From assembly GCA_000830275.1 (NCBI GenBank), contig CP010424.1, forward strand, positions 390,001 to 422,000: a stretch of DNA of 32,000 nt, read 5' to 3'. The first letter of the stretch is position 1, and each line of letters starts with the position of its first letter. The notes under the pieces are model-generated. The model had not been told where the DNA came from and ran no database searches. It saw only the letters and a list, made by a program, of their open reading frames with translations. The stretch comes from an archaeon GW2011_AR10 (lineage in GTDB: Archaea; Iainarchaeota; Iainarchaeia; Iainarchaeales; GW2011-AR10). The position numbers and the translations under genes are program-made. Positions 15,190-23,367 of this stretch are shown here, piece after piece.

Positions 15190-16992
15190 ATGGGAAAAGA
15201 AAACAAGATAATTGTGCTGGACTTTGGCGGCCAGTACACTCACCTGCTTGCAAGAAGAATAAGGCAGCTCAAAGTTTTCTCTGAAATAATGCTGCCAACT
15301 GCACCAGAAAAGGAGCTTCAGAAGGCGAAAGGAATCATTCTTGGCGGCGGCCCAAGCTCCGTTTATGAAGGAGATGCCCCAAAATTCAACAAAAAAATAT
15401 TCACGTTAGGGCTTCCTGTTCTTGGGCTTTGCTATGGGCAGCAGTTAATGGCGCAGGAGCTTGGAGGAAACGTGAAGCCCGGAAAAGTCAAGGAGTATGG
15501 CAAGGCCTCGCTTGAGGTTCTAGAGCAAGGCACCTTGTTTAAGGGTTTGGGAAAAAAAGAGCTTGTGTGGATGAGCCACGGCGACAAGGTCGAAAAGCTG
15601 CCTGAAGGGTTTAAGGCCACTGGCAGCACAACTGATTGCAAGTTTGCAGCAATTGCAGATGAGGGCAAAAAACTTTACGGTTTGCAGTTCCATCCAGAGG
15701 TAACGCACACAGAGCACGGGCTGAAAATGCTGGAAAACTTTGTGTTCAAAGTGTGCAATTGCAAGGCTGATTGGACAATCAAAAACTTTGCAGAAGAGAA
15801 AATTAAAGAAATAAGGAAACAGGTTGGAAAGAAAAAGGTTTTTTTGATGGCTTCAGGCGGGGTTGACAGCACTGTTGTGCTTGCGCTGCTTGAAAAGGCA
15901 GTTGGCCAAAAAAAAATTGTTGCACTGCACGTTGATCATGGGCTTATGAGGAAAAATGAAAGCGCACAGGTTAAAGAAGCCCTTGAAAAAATAGGCGTAA
16001 AAGAGCTTAAGATAGTAAATGCCGGTGAAAAATTTCTTAAAGCGCTTGAAGGCACCACAGATCCGGAAAAAAAAAGAGAAATAATTGGGAACTTGTTTGT
16101 TGAGGTTGCAGACAAGGAAATCAGGGCTCTTGGCTTGAATGAGGAAGGCTGGCTGCTTGGGCAAGGCACAATTTATCCTGACACAATTGAAACGCAGGGA
16201 ACAAAGCATTCTGCAAGAATCAAAACCCACCATAACCAGGTTGAATTAATTAAAACCCTTACAGCCCAAGGAAAAGTGATTGAGCCAATCAGGGAACTCT
16301 ACAAGGACGAAGTGAGAGAGCTTGGCTTGAAGCTTGGGTTGCCGAAAAAAATTGTTTCAAGGCAGCCTTTTCCTGGGCCTGGCTTGGGCATCAGGATTCT
16401 GTGCTCTAATGGAAAGCAGGAAAGTGTTGAAGGGATTGAGGGGAGAGCAAAAAAAATTTCTGCAACATTTGGTTTTAACGCCAAAATTCTGCCTGTTAAA
16501 GCAGTTGGAGTGCAGGGAGACAGCCGCACTTACCGTTTTGTAGTTGCGTTAGGAGGGAATCTTGACTGGAAAAAACTGGATGCGTGTTCAACCCGCCTAA
16601 CCAATGAGCTGAAAGAGGTTAACAGGGTTGTTTTCACTCTTTTCCCGGAAAAAACTGATAACGTTAAATTGGTTGAGGCTTATCTGAGCAGGGAAAGAAT
16701 TTCTTTGCTGCAGGAGGCTGATGCAATTACAATGCAGGAAACGGATGCAGCTGGTTTAACCGAAAAAATATGGCAGTTCCCTGTTGTTCTTCTGCCACTA
16801 AACATTAACGGAAAAGGACAAGGCATAGTGTTAAGGCCGGTTTTCAGCACTGAGGCGATGACTGCCGAATTCGCGGCAATGGATGAAAGGGTTTTAAAAC
16901 GAATTGTGGAAAAAATTTCATTGCTTAAAGGAGTGGGCGCCGTCTTCTTCGATGTTACACACAAACCACCCGCAACAATTGAGTGGGAATAA
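15190..16992 (+). CDS. guaA: GMP synthase (glutamine-hydrolysing), fused long form
   Basis: The GATase part has LGLCYGQQ and FHPEV. The ATP-pyrophosphatase P-loop is SGGVDSTV. Also present are PFPGPGLGIRIL and the C-terminal HKPPATIEWE. Confidence 0.9.
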   Translation: MGKENKIIVLDFGGQYTHLLARRIRQLKVFSEIMLPTAPEKELQKAKGIILGGGPSSVYEGDAPKFNKKIFTLGLPVLGLCYGQQLMAQELGGNVKPGKVKEYGKASLEVLEQGTLFKGLGKKELVWMSHGDKVEKLPEGFKATGSTTDCKFAAIADEGKKLYGLQFHPEVTHTEHGLKMLENFVFKVCNCKADWTIKNFAEEKIKEIRKQVGKKKVFLMASGGVDSTVVLALLEKAVGQKKIVALHVDHGLMRKNESAQVKEALEKIGVKELKIVNAGEKFLKALEGTTDPEKKREIIGNLFVEVADKEIRALGLNEEGWLLGQGTIYPDTIETQGTKHSARIKTHHNQVELIKTLTAQGKVIEPIRELYKDEVRELGLKLGLPKKIVSRQPFPGPGLGIRILCSNGKQESVEGIEGRAKKISATFGFNAKILPVKAVGVQGDSRTYRFVVALGGNLDWKKLDACSTRLTNELKEVNRVVFTLFPEKTDNVKLVEAYLSRERISLLQEADAITMQETDAAGLTEKIWQFPVVLLPLNINGKGQGIVLRPVFSTEAMTAEFAAMDERVLKRIVEKISLLKGVGAVFFDVTHKPPATIEWE

Positions 16993-17030
16993 GGGGAATA
17001 ATAACGTGAATTAAACGATTCCCTTGTAAG

Positions 17031-17999
17031 CTATTTCAGCCTCCTGTACTTAACCTGTTTCAGGAATGCCTTATAGCAGAACTCTACAAAGAATTTTTCA
17101 TTCCCTGATTCAACCGACTTTATCAGATCTTTGAAGTATTCAGAAGTGTCCTTTGAAATGTTTAGTATTGGATAGCTGGCATCCTGAAGAATCTTGTTGA
17201 ACAGCAAACGGCACATCCTCTTGTTCCCGTCCTTGAAAGGGTGTATAAGGTGGATTTTTAAGTGAACCAAGGCGGCAAGCTCCAAGGGATGAACGTCTTT
17301 ATTTCTTTCAAACCATTCAAAGAACTTTTCAAGCTCGTTTTCAACATCCTTTGGGGCAGGAGGCCTGTACTTAATTTCCTCGCTTTTAAGAGTAAGGGGA
17401 TTAAATCTAGCAATTATCCTTTGGTCATCTCTAAGCTGACCGGGACTAATTCTTTCAAAAGAAGACATCACTATGCTGTGTAATTTGAGAACATCACTCT
17501 TGTTTATTCTTATTTTTGGCAGGTAATTGAAACCGGTAATCATTGAACTCGAAATAACTACCTTATTGTCAAAAGTATGCTCTTTTTTCCTTTTGTCAAT
17601 AATATCAAAAGCCGTTTCAACATCAGAATAATCAACATCAACTCCTTCAGTGCGGAGTGTCGTATACACAAAATGCAGAACCTCATTTTTTTCATATTCC
17701 TGCTTCTGTTTTTTACTTAGTTTTTCAAAACGAGATAAAAAATTTTCCTTTACTTTTTCAGCCTCAACAAGTTCCTTCCTTGAAAGAAAAGAAAACTTGA
17801 ACTTGCTTAAAGTTTTGTCATAGTATTTACCTAATGCCTTTTTTTTCAGTTCCTTTTTCTTTTTCTTCAATTCAGATTCAGAAGGCTTTTCCTTTCCCAG
17901 ATATTCATAAACCTTCCTAACCTTATCCCCCACTCTGATAGTGAACTCCAAGTAGTAATATTCTTTGCCCTTAACTTTTCTCTTGACAACACTAACCAT
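17031..17999 (-). CDS. Fic/DOC family protein
   Basis: HPFKDGNKRMCR matches the Fic core HxFx(D/E)GNGRxxR with Gly replaced by Lys. The N-terminus KGKEYYYLEFTIRVGDKVRKVYEYLG resembles that of many archaeal Fic proteins. Confidence 0.85.
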   Translation of the reverse strand: MVSVVKRKVKGKEYYYLEFTIRVGDKVRKVYEYLGKEKPSESELKKKKKELKKKALGKYYDKTLSKFKFSFLSRKELVEAEKVKENFLSRFEKLSKKQKQEYEKNEVLHFVYTTLRTEGVDVDYSDVETAFDIIDKRKKEHTFDNKVVISSSMITGFNYLPKIRINKSDVLKLHSIVMSSFERISPGQLRDDQRIIARFNPLTLKSEEIKYRPPAPKDVENELEKFFEWFERNKDVHPLELAALVHLKIHLIHPFKDGNKRMCRLLFNKILQDASYPILNISKDTSEYFKDLIKSVESGNEKFFVEFCYKAFLKQVKYRRLK

Positions 18000-18001
18000 G
18001 A

Positions 18002-18182
18002 GTAGTTATAACTACAAAGTATTTAAATAATGTAGTTATAACTTTTACAACTACAAATTCTGTAAAAAATGTAGTTATAACTGAACAATTGGCTTTTATC
18101 GCGTTCTCAATGGGATTGCGCGGGAATGAAAGTACTGGTCAATAAGCTTTTATATACTTTTATATAGTTATACGGTATAACT
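18002..18182. promoter_or_regulatory. divergent Fic/vapBC control region with four AGTTATA-type palindromes
   Basis: GTAGTTATAACTAC at 18002-18015 abuts the Fic ATG. GTAGTTATAACT occurs at 18032-18043 and 18071-18082. AGTTATAC-G-GTATAACT lies at 18166-18182. A TATTTAAATA box lies at 18020-18029. CTTTTATATA occurs twice in tandem at 18147-18166. Confidence 0.55.
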
Positions 18183-18194
18183 ATTGGTGTTAAA

Positions 18195-18428
18195 ATGATT
18201 GAATACGAAGTCCAATTGAAAAAATGGGGAAACTCGGTAGGCCTTATAGTGCCAAAAGAGGCCTTGGAAAAAGAGTCACTCAAACCCAGGCAAATGGTAA
18301 GAGCAATAATAACGCCGATAAAGACACTCAAGGTAAAGGATATTTTTGGAAAACTAAGACTCAAAAAGCCGACAGCACAAATAATGGCCGAAATAGACAG
18401 GGATTTTGAAGAAAAATTCGGAAAGTGA
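18195..18428 (+). CDS. vapB: AbrB/SpoVT-type antitoxin (VapB-like)
   Basis: LKKWGNSVGLIVPKEAL is the typical SpoVT-AbrB swapped-hairpin motif. It lies directly upstream of a PIN gene. Confidence 0.75.
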   Translation: MIEYEVQLKKWGNSVGLIVPKEALEKESLKPRQMVRAIITPIKTLKVKDIFGKLRLKKPTAQIMAEIDRDFEEKFGK

Positions 18429-18434
18429 AGCCGA

Positions 18435-18797
18435 GTGAAGTACTTCTTTGACACCTACGCCCTATTTGAAATAATAGGTAGAAACAAAAATTACGAAAAG
18501 TTTTCAAACGAGGAAATAGCTACTTCCACGTTGAATCTTGGAGAACTATACTACGGACTCCTGAAAAACCACGGCAAAAAAATAGCAATACACTGGTTCA
18601 ACAAATTCAAGAACTCCACAATACCAATAAACGAAAACACCATAAGACGCGGAATGGACTTCAAATTTGAAAACAGGCAAAAAAAATTCTCTTTTGTAGA
18701 TTGCGTGGGCTATGCAGCGGCCAGAAACCACAGCCTAATGTTCCTAACCGGCGACAACGAATTCGGGGGAATTCCGGGGGTAGAATTCGTAAAATAG
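18435..18797 (+). CDS. vapC: PIN-domain toxin (VapC-like)
   Basis: Acidic PIN residues are in context: N-terminal FFDTYAL and C-terminal FLTGDNEF. GTG start at 18435. Confidence 0.8.
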   Translation: MKYFFDTYALFEIIGRNKNYEKFSNEEIATSTLNLGELYYGLLKNHGKKIAIHWFNKFKNSTIPINENTIRRGMDFKFENRQKKFSFVDCVGYAAARNHSLMFLTGDNEFGGIPGVEFVK

Positions 18798-18877
18798 CCA
18801 CGCCCCAAAAAAATTAACGGGATTATTGTCTAGTTCTCAATAGGATTGAATTGGAATAATTATCTAAAGCTGATAAA

Positions 18878-19291
18878 ATGCCACACCCGATATTTCATTT
18901 CATTGTATCTGCGGTTATTGCCGCTTTTCTCTGGCCGTCGATTGGATGGTTTGCTTTGCTTGCATTCGCGGGAGGCTTTTTGATAGATTTGGACCACTTT
19001 TTTGTTTACATTGCCAGGGGAAAAGGCCTTGATTTCATTAAAGCTTACTACTTTTTCCTCAACCGGGAAGAAGAATGGGTAGATGAATTGTTTGTCTTCC
19101 ACAACATTGAACTGGTTTTTCTTGCAACCATTATTCCGCTTTATTTTCCTTTCCTGTTAGCCTGCTCTGCTGCTTACATTGCCCACCAAATAATGGACCT
19201 AATAAATGAGAGGTTCATTGAGAGAATTACCCCAAAACAAATCTCAATAACTTTGTTTTTGCTTAAAGGCGGTTCTGCAAAAAAGCAGTAG
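18878..19291 (+). CDS. small membrane protein, possibly DUF457/YdjM-like metal-dependent hydrolase
   Basis: Has 3-4 TM helices with His/Asp motifs at helix ends: HPIFH, LIDLDHF, FHN and AHQIMD. The assignment is tentative. Confidence 0.45.
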   Translation: MPHPIFHFIVSAVIAAFLWPSIGWFALLAFAGGFLIDLDHFFVYIARGKGLDFIKAYYFFLNREEEWVDELFVFHNIELVFLATIIPLYFPFLLACSAAYIAHQIMDLINERFIERITPKQISITLFLLKGGSAKKQ

Positions 19292-19371
19292 AATATAGCA
19301 AAATGCTTTTGTATTTGAGCAAAAATTGCATTTTGCAACTAGCAAACAGCAAATTAAAGTTGTTTGCTATA

Positions 19372-19384
19372 CGTTTAAATACTT
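19372..19384 (+). promoter_or_regulatory. TATA-box-like element CGTTTAAATACTT
   Basis: Lies about 25-50 nt upstream of the candidate starts at 19407 and 19428. It is preceded by inverted repeats AGCAAACA...TGTTTGCT (19341-19368) and TTGCA-TTT-TGCAA (19326-19338). Confidence 0.45.
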
Positions 19385-19427
19385 CTTTTGAGTTTAATTT
19401 ATTGTAGTGGTTTTTGTGCCTAAAAAC

Positions 19428-20396
19428 ATGTCTTTTAAGAGGATTGAAACCAGGCCGCTAAAAAGGTTTCCGCCTGCTGTTGACAGGAAGTCAATTGTTA
19501 ACACTGCTAGGATAGTGGAGAGACTGCGAGCTGCAGGAGAAAACATGCTGGCAAAAGAGCTTGAAGAAATGAAGTACATGAATCGGGTTAGGGGCAGGTT
19601 TATGAACAGGCTTGTTCATGATCTCTTAAGCGGCAGAATTAATAGGAAAGAATTCAGGCAAAAGATGGGGTTTGTTGACAGGAGGATTCAAGATAAGACC
19701 GAAAGGGTTACATCAGTTGTTAAAAAAAGGGCTTTCCTTTTGAGGCCCAGGACCAAAAGACTTGCGTCATTGGCAATGACTGACCCTTTTTTTAAATACA
19801 TCTACAGCCATAATGCTTTCTCAGAGCTTGTAAAAAGAAAGTTTACTTCTTGGAGGAAGAGTGGAGTGCAAACAATAGTTTTTTTTGACGTGGATTTGGT
19901 AAAGCAAACAAACGATGCAATCGGCAGTCACCTTGAGGGCGGAACCGCTCTTTTGACTGCTTACGCTGAGGCCGTGAAAGAGGTATGTGACAAATACAAT
20001 GGAATTGGAGCGCGTTATGGTACGGATGAGTTCACTCTCCACTTTTATATGCCAAAAGAAGAAGTTACAGCAATTGTTGACGAACTTAAGGGGCTCGCCA
20101 AAGAAAAAATCTTGAGTGGAACAGTTGAAAATCCATTCACTGGTGACCCTCTCTCAATAGTAAAATTGCGAGACGCAATGCTAAGAAAAGAAATTCCAGG
20201 AACTGTCACTAGCGCAATTATACAGGTAGACTTTGACTTTCAACATAAAAAGTTTCAGGAACCACAGCAAATTTATGCCAATGTCATGAATAATGCGAGC
20301 AAAAGTGTAATGCAACTAAAAAAAGGCGATAGAAGGGGAACATCAATAGTTGTTGAGGATAACAAAATCATTGAAAAGAACCTGCAGAAAAAATAG
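19428..20396 (+). CDS. GGDEF-like (GTDEF) palm-domain protein with basic helical N-terminal region
   Basis: By eye, FFDVDLVKQTNDAIGSH and ARYGTDEFTLHF align with D-x-D-x-F-K-x-x-N-D-x-x-G-H and R-Y-G-G-(D/E)-E-F of diguanylate cyclases. YSHNAF aligns with the N-R-R-x-F position. ATG 19428 is preferred; GTG 19407 is an alternative. Confidence 0.6.
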   Translation: MSFKRIETRPLKRFPPAVDRKSIVNTARIVERLRAAGENMLAKELEEMKYMNRVRGRFMNRLVHDLLSGRINRKEFRQKMGFVDRRIQDKTERVTSVVKKRAFLLRPRTKRLASLAMTDPFFKYIYSHNAFSELVKRKFTSWRKSGVQTIVFFDVDLVKQTNDAIGSHLEGGTALLTAYAEAVKEVCDKYNGIGARYGTDEFTLHFYMPKEEVTAIVDELKGLAKEKILSGTVENPFTGDPLSIVKLRDAMLRKEIPGTVTSAIIQVDFDFQHKKFQEPQQIYANVMNNASKSVMQLKKGDRRGTSIVVEDNKIIEKNLQKK

Positions 20397-20415
20397 GTTC
20401 CAATTATTTTTATTT

Positions 20416-21048
20416 ATGAAACGAAATCATTGGGGTCAAAAAAGCAAGAAAAAGGTTTCAGAAAAGAAGCCTTATGAAAAAAGGCCCACTCAGGAAAAAG
20501 TTAATCGGCTTCTCGCCGGACTGCAGGAAAAATTTGGTCAGGGGATTGATTTTCAGGGAAACCATGCTTTCATGGCATTAATCCAGCAGGTGGCCAGAAC
20601 AAATGGATATTTTAATGAGCATTTGGGAAAATCCGCGTTTCTGGCTGAGAAAAATTTCCCAGAACTCAGGAAACCAGAAACTCGTGTAATAACAACTTCA
20701 ATAATTGGAAAAAAGGCAGAAAAGGCAGCCCGGCAGATTATAGGCGAATTGGCAACAAAACCAACTGGATTCATTCATTTTTTCAGAGAGCTGGATAGAG
20801 CAAAATCTCCAACCGAATTTCAAATTTTAAAATCATCTGAAGATTATGCTCGCTATAGCAATGTTCTACATGATACCGGGATTTGGAGGAAAGGCCAAGG
20901 AATAGACAAAGTTCTTCTTAAAGAAGTGCTCCCGATATTGGAAGCGGAAACAACAAGAAGAGCTCTGAGAAGAGAAGAACAAAAGGCAAAAAATGCCGAC
21001 CAACAACAAGCTACGAGAGAAAGGAAGCAAAATCCTTTTCGTTGGTGA
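20416..21048 (+). CDS. 210-aa basic hypothetical protein
   Basis: ATG at 20416 is in frame with track ORF 20350. It lies 20 nt after the previous stop and is co-oriented. I recognise no domain. Confidence 0.5.
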   Translation: MKRNHWGQKSKKKVSEKKPYEKRPTQEKVNRLLAGLQEKFGQGIDFQGNHAFMALIQQVARTNGYFNEHLGKSAFLAEKNFPELRKPETRVITTSIIGKKAEKAARQIIGELATKPTGFIHFFRELDRAKSPTEFQILKSSEDYARYSNVLHDTGIWRKGQGIDKVLLKEVLPILEAETTRRALRREEQKAKNADQQQATRERKQNPFRW

Positions 21049-21172
21049 AATAATTCAGCATATGCCAAAACACGATTCACTTTAACTTAAATCTACTGAC
21101 ACCATGGAAAAGAAGCAAAAACAGCGCACAAAAAGTTTAAGTAGTTGAAAAAACTTAATATAAGTGGTTAAA

Positions 21173-21565
21173 ATGAGGGCAAAAAAAGCTAGTCAAAGGG
21201 GCCTCACATCGGAGCGGCGGAAGGCACCATACGGGCACCCTGAAAAAAGAGCTAATTGGAAGAACAGGGTTGGCATTCCATTAGATTCTCTCCCAAAGGA
21301 AGCTGTGCGAGTAATACCATTCTATGGAGCAGCGGTGATTACTCCTGAGAATCCAGTGAGAAAAAGACTTGAAATATTCAATAGACGGTTGATTCCACTG
21401 CTGAAGGCTAGAAATAGGCCCGATGAACTCGAATATTACTGGAACAAGGAAACAGGAAGCAATTATATACTGCTCCGCGGAAACTTGACTGGAAAAAAAG
21501 TATTCCAAGTCACTAACAAAAGTGTTATTGACGTCCTTGAAAAAATGAGGACAAAAAAACTATAA
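21173..21565 (+). CDS. 130-aa basic hypothetical protein
   Basis: ATG at 21173 (GTG 21164 is an alternative). No recognisable domain. A T-tract at 21607-21613 follows. Confidence 0.45.
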   Translation: MRAKKASQRGLTSERRKAPYGHPEKRANWKNRVGIPLDSLPKEAVRVIPFYGAAVITPENPVRKRLEIFNRRLIPLLKARNRPDELEYYWNKETGSNYILLRGNLTGKKVFQVTNKSVIDVLEKMRTKKL

Positions 21566-21747
21566 GCCCTGGAAAAAATAACTACTATTAAATGTTAAAA
21601 CTTTCTATTTTTTGCGAAAGAACTACCGTCCTTCCGAAGAAGGGGCATGTACAAGGTGCCGGCTGACTTTTCAGCCGAATGCGAGCCTGAGAAACGAGCC
21701 GGTACTGCTTTCAGCAGTACGCTTTACCGCCGCAAGCAGGCGGCGAA

Positions 21748-21820
21748 TGGACCGACCGGGAATCGCACCCGGGACCTCTACCTTGCGAAGGTAGCGCTCT
21801 ACTAACTGAGCTATCGGCCC
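21748..21820 (-). tRNA. tRNA-Ala(CGC)
   Basis: The minus strand reads GGGCCGA TA GCTC AGTTAGTA GAGC G CTACC TTCGCAA GGTAG AGGTC CCGGG TGCGATT CCCGG TCGGTCC A. The G3:U70 alanine identity pair is present. Confidence 0.9.
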
Positions 21821-21886
21821 TTTATTTTTGCGAGGCTCACAGAGCCGAGTCAAGTCCAGTGAAACTGGACTGATGCTACCGCCGCG

Positions 21887-21932
21887 CATTTACGGCGCTG
21901 AGCTATCGGTATTTGCGGCGCTAAGCTATCGG
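21887..21932. repeat. 23-nt tandem duplication containing tRNA-Ala 5'-end-like sequence
   Basis: The two units are CATTTACGGCGCTGAGCTATCGG and TATTTGCGGCGCTAAGCTATCGG. Their CT(G/A)AGCTATCGG core equals positions 21806-21817 of the tRNA gene. Confidence 0.6.
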
Positions 21933-22033
21933 CCCGTGAAACTATTTGATGATGGTAAGTAATATATTAGTTATATTGCTGGGTTTTTGTCGTGATTGAA
22001 AAGTATTTAAACTATTGAACGCAATGTTCTTGT

Positions 22034-22771
22034 ATGCGTTTTTTAAAGCTAAAGAGAAGGAGAATCCCAGATGAGAACCCAAAAAGAAGAAGAGAAAGGG
22101 AACAATACTGGGCAAAAAAGTATGCCGCGTTTAATGATTTTGTATACGGTTACCACACTGAAAGCTCTTTGCACAGAAAACTCATCAGACTTTTTGGACC
22201 TTGGAAGTTAAAAGGAAAAACTGTTCTAGATGTGGGTTGCGGAGTTGGCAGCTTAAGTTTAATGCTTGCTTCAAAGGTCGGCAAAGGAAAAGTAATTGCG
22301 TGTGACTCGCAGAAAGTGGCAATTGATATTTGCATGGAAAAAATTGAATTAATGAAGTCATCAAAATCTATCGAAGAATTTAGGGAAAGGCTGACTCAGG
22401 AAATGCCTGAAAAGCTTTGGGGAAGAGATGACTTGCTTGCTTTTAGGGAAAAGGAAAACGTGGAAAAAAATGTTGCTTTTTTTGAGCAGCCAGTAGAAAT
22501 GTTGCCAAACGCGAATGCTCACCTTACTATTTCAAGGTATGTTCTGAACACTTATACGCGCTGGAGCACAAGGACTGATGCATTTTTGTCTCCAAATATT
22601 GGCCCCTTTATTAGGGCACTTGAAAGTCATACAAGGAAAGGTGGCAGAATTGTTATTATTGACAGAAAAAACCACTTTGATAATTATTCTTTAGGCCAGT
22701 TAAAACAAATGGGTTATAAGCGAGTATCGTTGGGAAATGAAATTATTTTCTGGAAAAAGAAACGCTTTTAA
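22034..22771 (+). CDS. class I SAM-dependent methyltransferase
   Basis: GTATTTAAAC box at 22003-12. Motif I is VLDVGCGVGSLS, followed by VIACD. The substrate is unknown. Confidence 0.8.
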   Translation: MRFLKLKRRRIPDENPKRRREREQYWAKKYAAFNDFVYGYHTESSLHRKLIRLFGPWKLKGKTVLDVGCGVGSLSLMLASKVGKGKVIACDSQKVAIDICMEKIELMKSSKSIEEFRERLTQEMPEKLWGRDDLLAFREKENVEKNVAFFEQPVEMLPNANAHLTISRYVLNTYTRWSTRTDAFLSPNIGPFIRALESHTRKGGRIVIIDRKNHFDNYSLGQLKQMGYKRVSLGNEIIFWKKKRF

Positions 22772-22793
22772 AGCTGGGAAGTGAAAGTATTGT

Positions 22794-23273
22794 ATGGCTT
22801 TTTTGAGGAAACCGGTCGGCAAAAGAAGGGGCTTGAATATTTCAAAGAAACAAGCCCGCAAAAAAAGGAAGCTGAAGAGAAAAGTTATTGCCGGTGCTGT
22901 AAGTGCAGCATTGCTTGCCGGCATCGGGATTCCAACGTACAAGGTGGAGCGATATAATTTTTTCAACAGGGGAGTGAATGCTTTGGCTGCACAGCACGGC
23001 ATAAGCGAAGAGCACATAATCAAGGAAAGGACAAAGGTTTGGGTTGATATGGGGCTTTCCAATCTGCCGGGAGAGTATTGGCCTGAGAAAGCGACAATAA
23101 TAAAGGGTTACTGGAAGGCTCCTGAAGCCGAAAAAAAGCTTTTGGAAAGGTTAAGGAATGGGATTAAGAGAGGCGATTTTGAGAAGGGCGGAAAACCGAA
23201 AGGGAAAGATAAAAAAATTTATATTAAGAGAAATAAAGGGAACCGTGGTTCAGGCAGAACTGCTTTTTCATAA
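22794..23273 (+). CDS. membrane-anchored basic protein, unknown function
   Basis: A Lys/Arg-rich N-terminus is followed by one TM helix (VIAGAVSAALLAGIGI), a globular part and a Lys-rich tail. Confidence 0.5.
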   Translation: MAFLRKPVGKRRGLNISKKQARKKRKLKRKVIAGAVSAALLAGIGIPTYKVERYNFFNRGVNALAAQHGISEEHIIKERTKVWVDMGLSNLPGEYWPEKATIIKGYWKAPEAEKKLLERLRNGIKRGDFEKGGKPKGKDKKIYIKRNKGNRGSGRTAFS

Positions 23274-23367
23274 AATTCATTCACTTTTTGGTTTCCTAAC
23301 CGACAGGTTAATATACGTTAAAATGCATGAATTTTTAGTATAGGGCATTTCAAGGAAAGGTGGCAGA

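Noticed and set aside
21612-21889. 60-aa (+) and 72-aa (-) ORFs
   Set aside because: Both overlap tRNA-Ala and its flanking hairpins.
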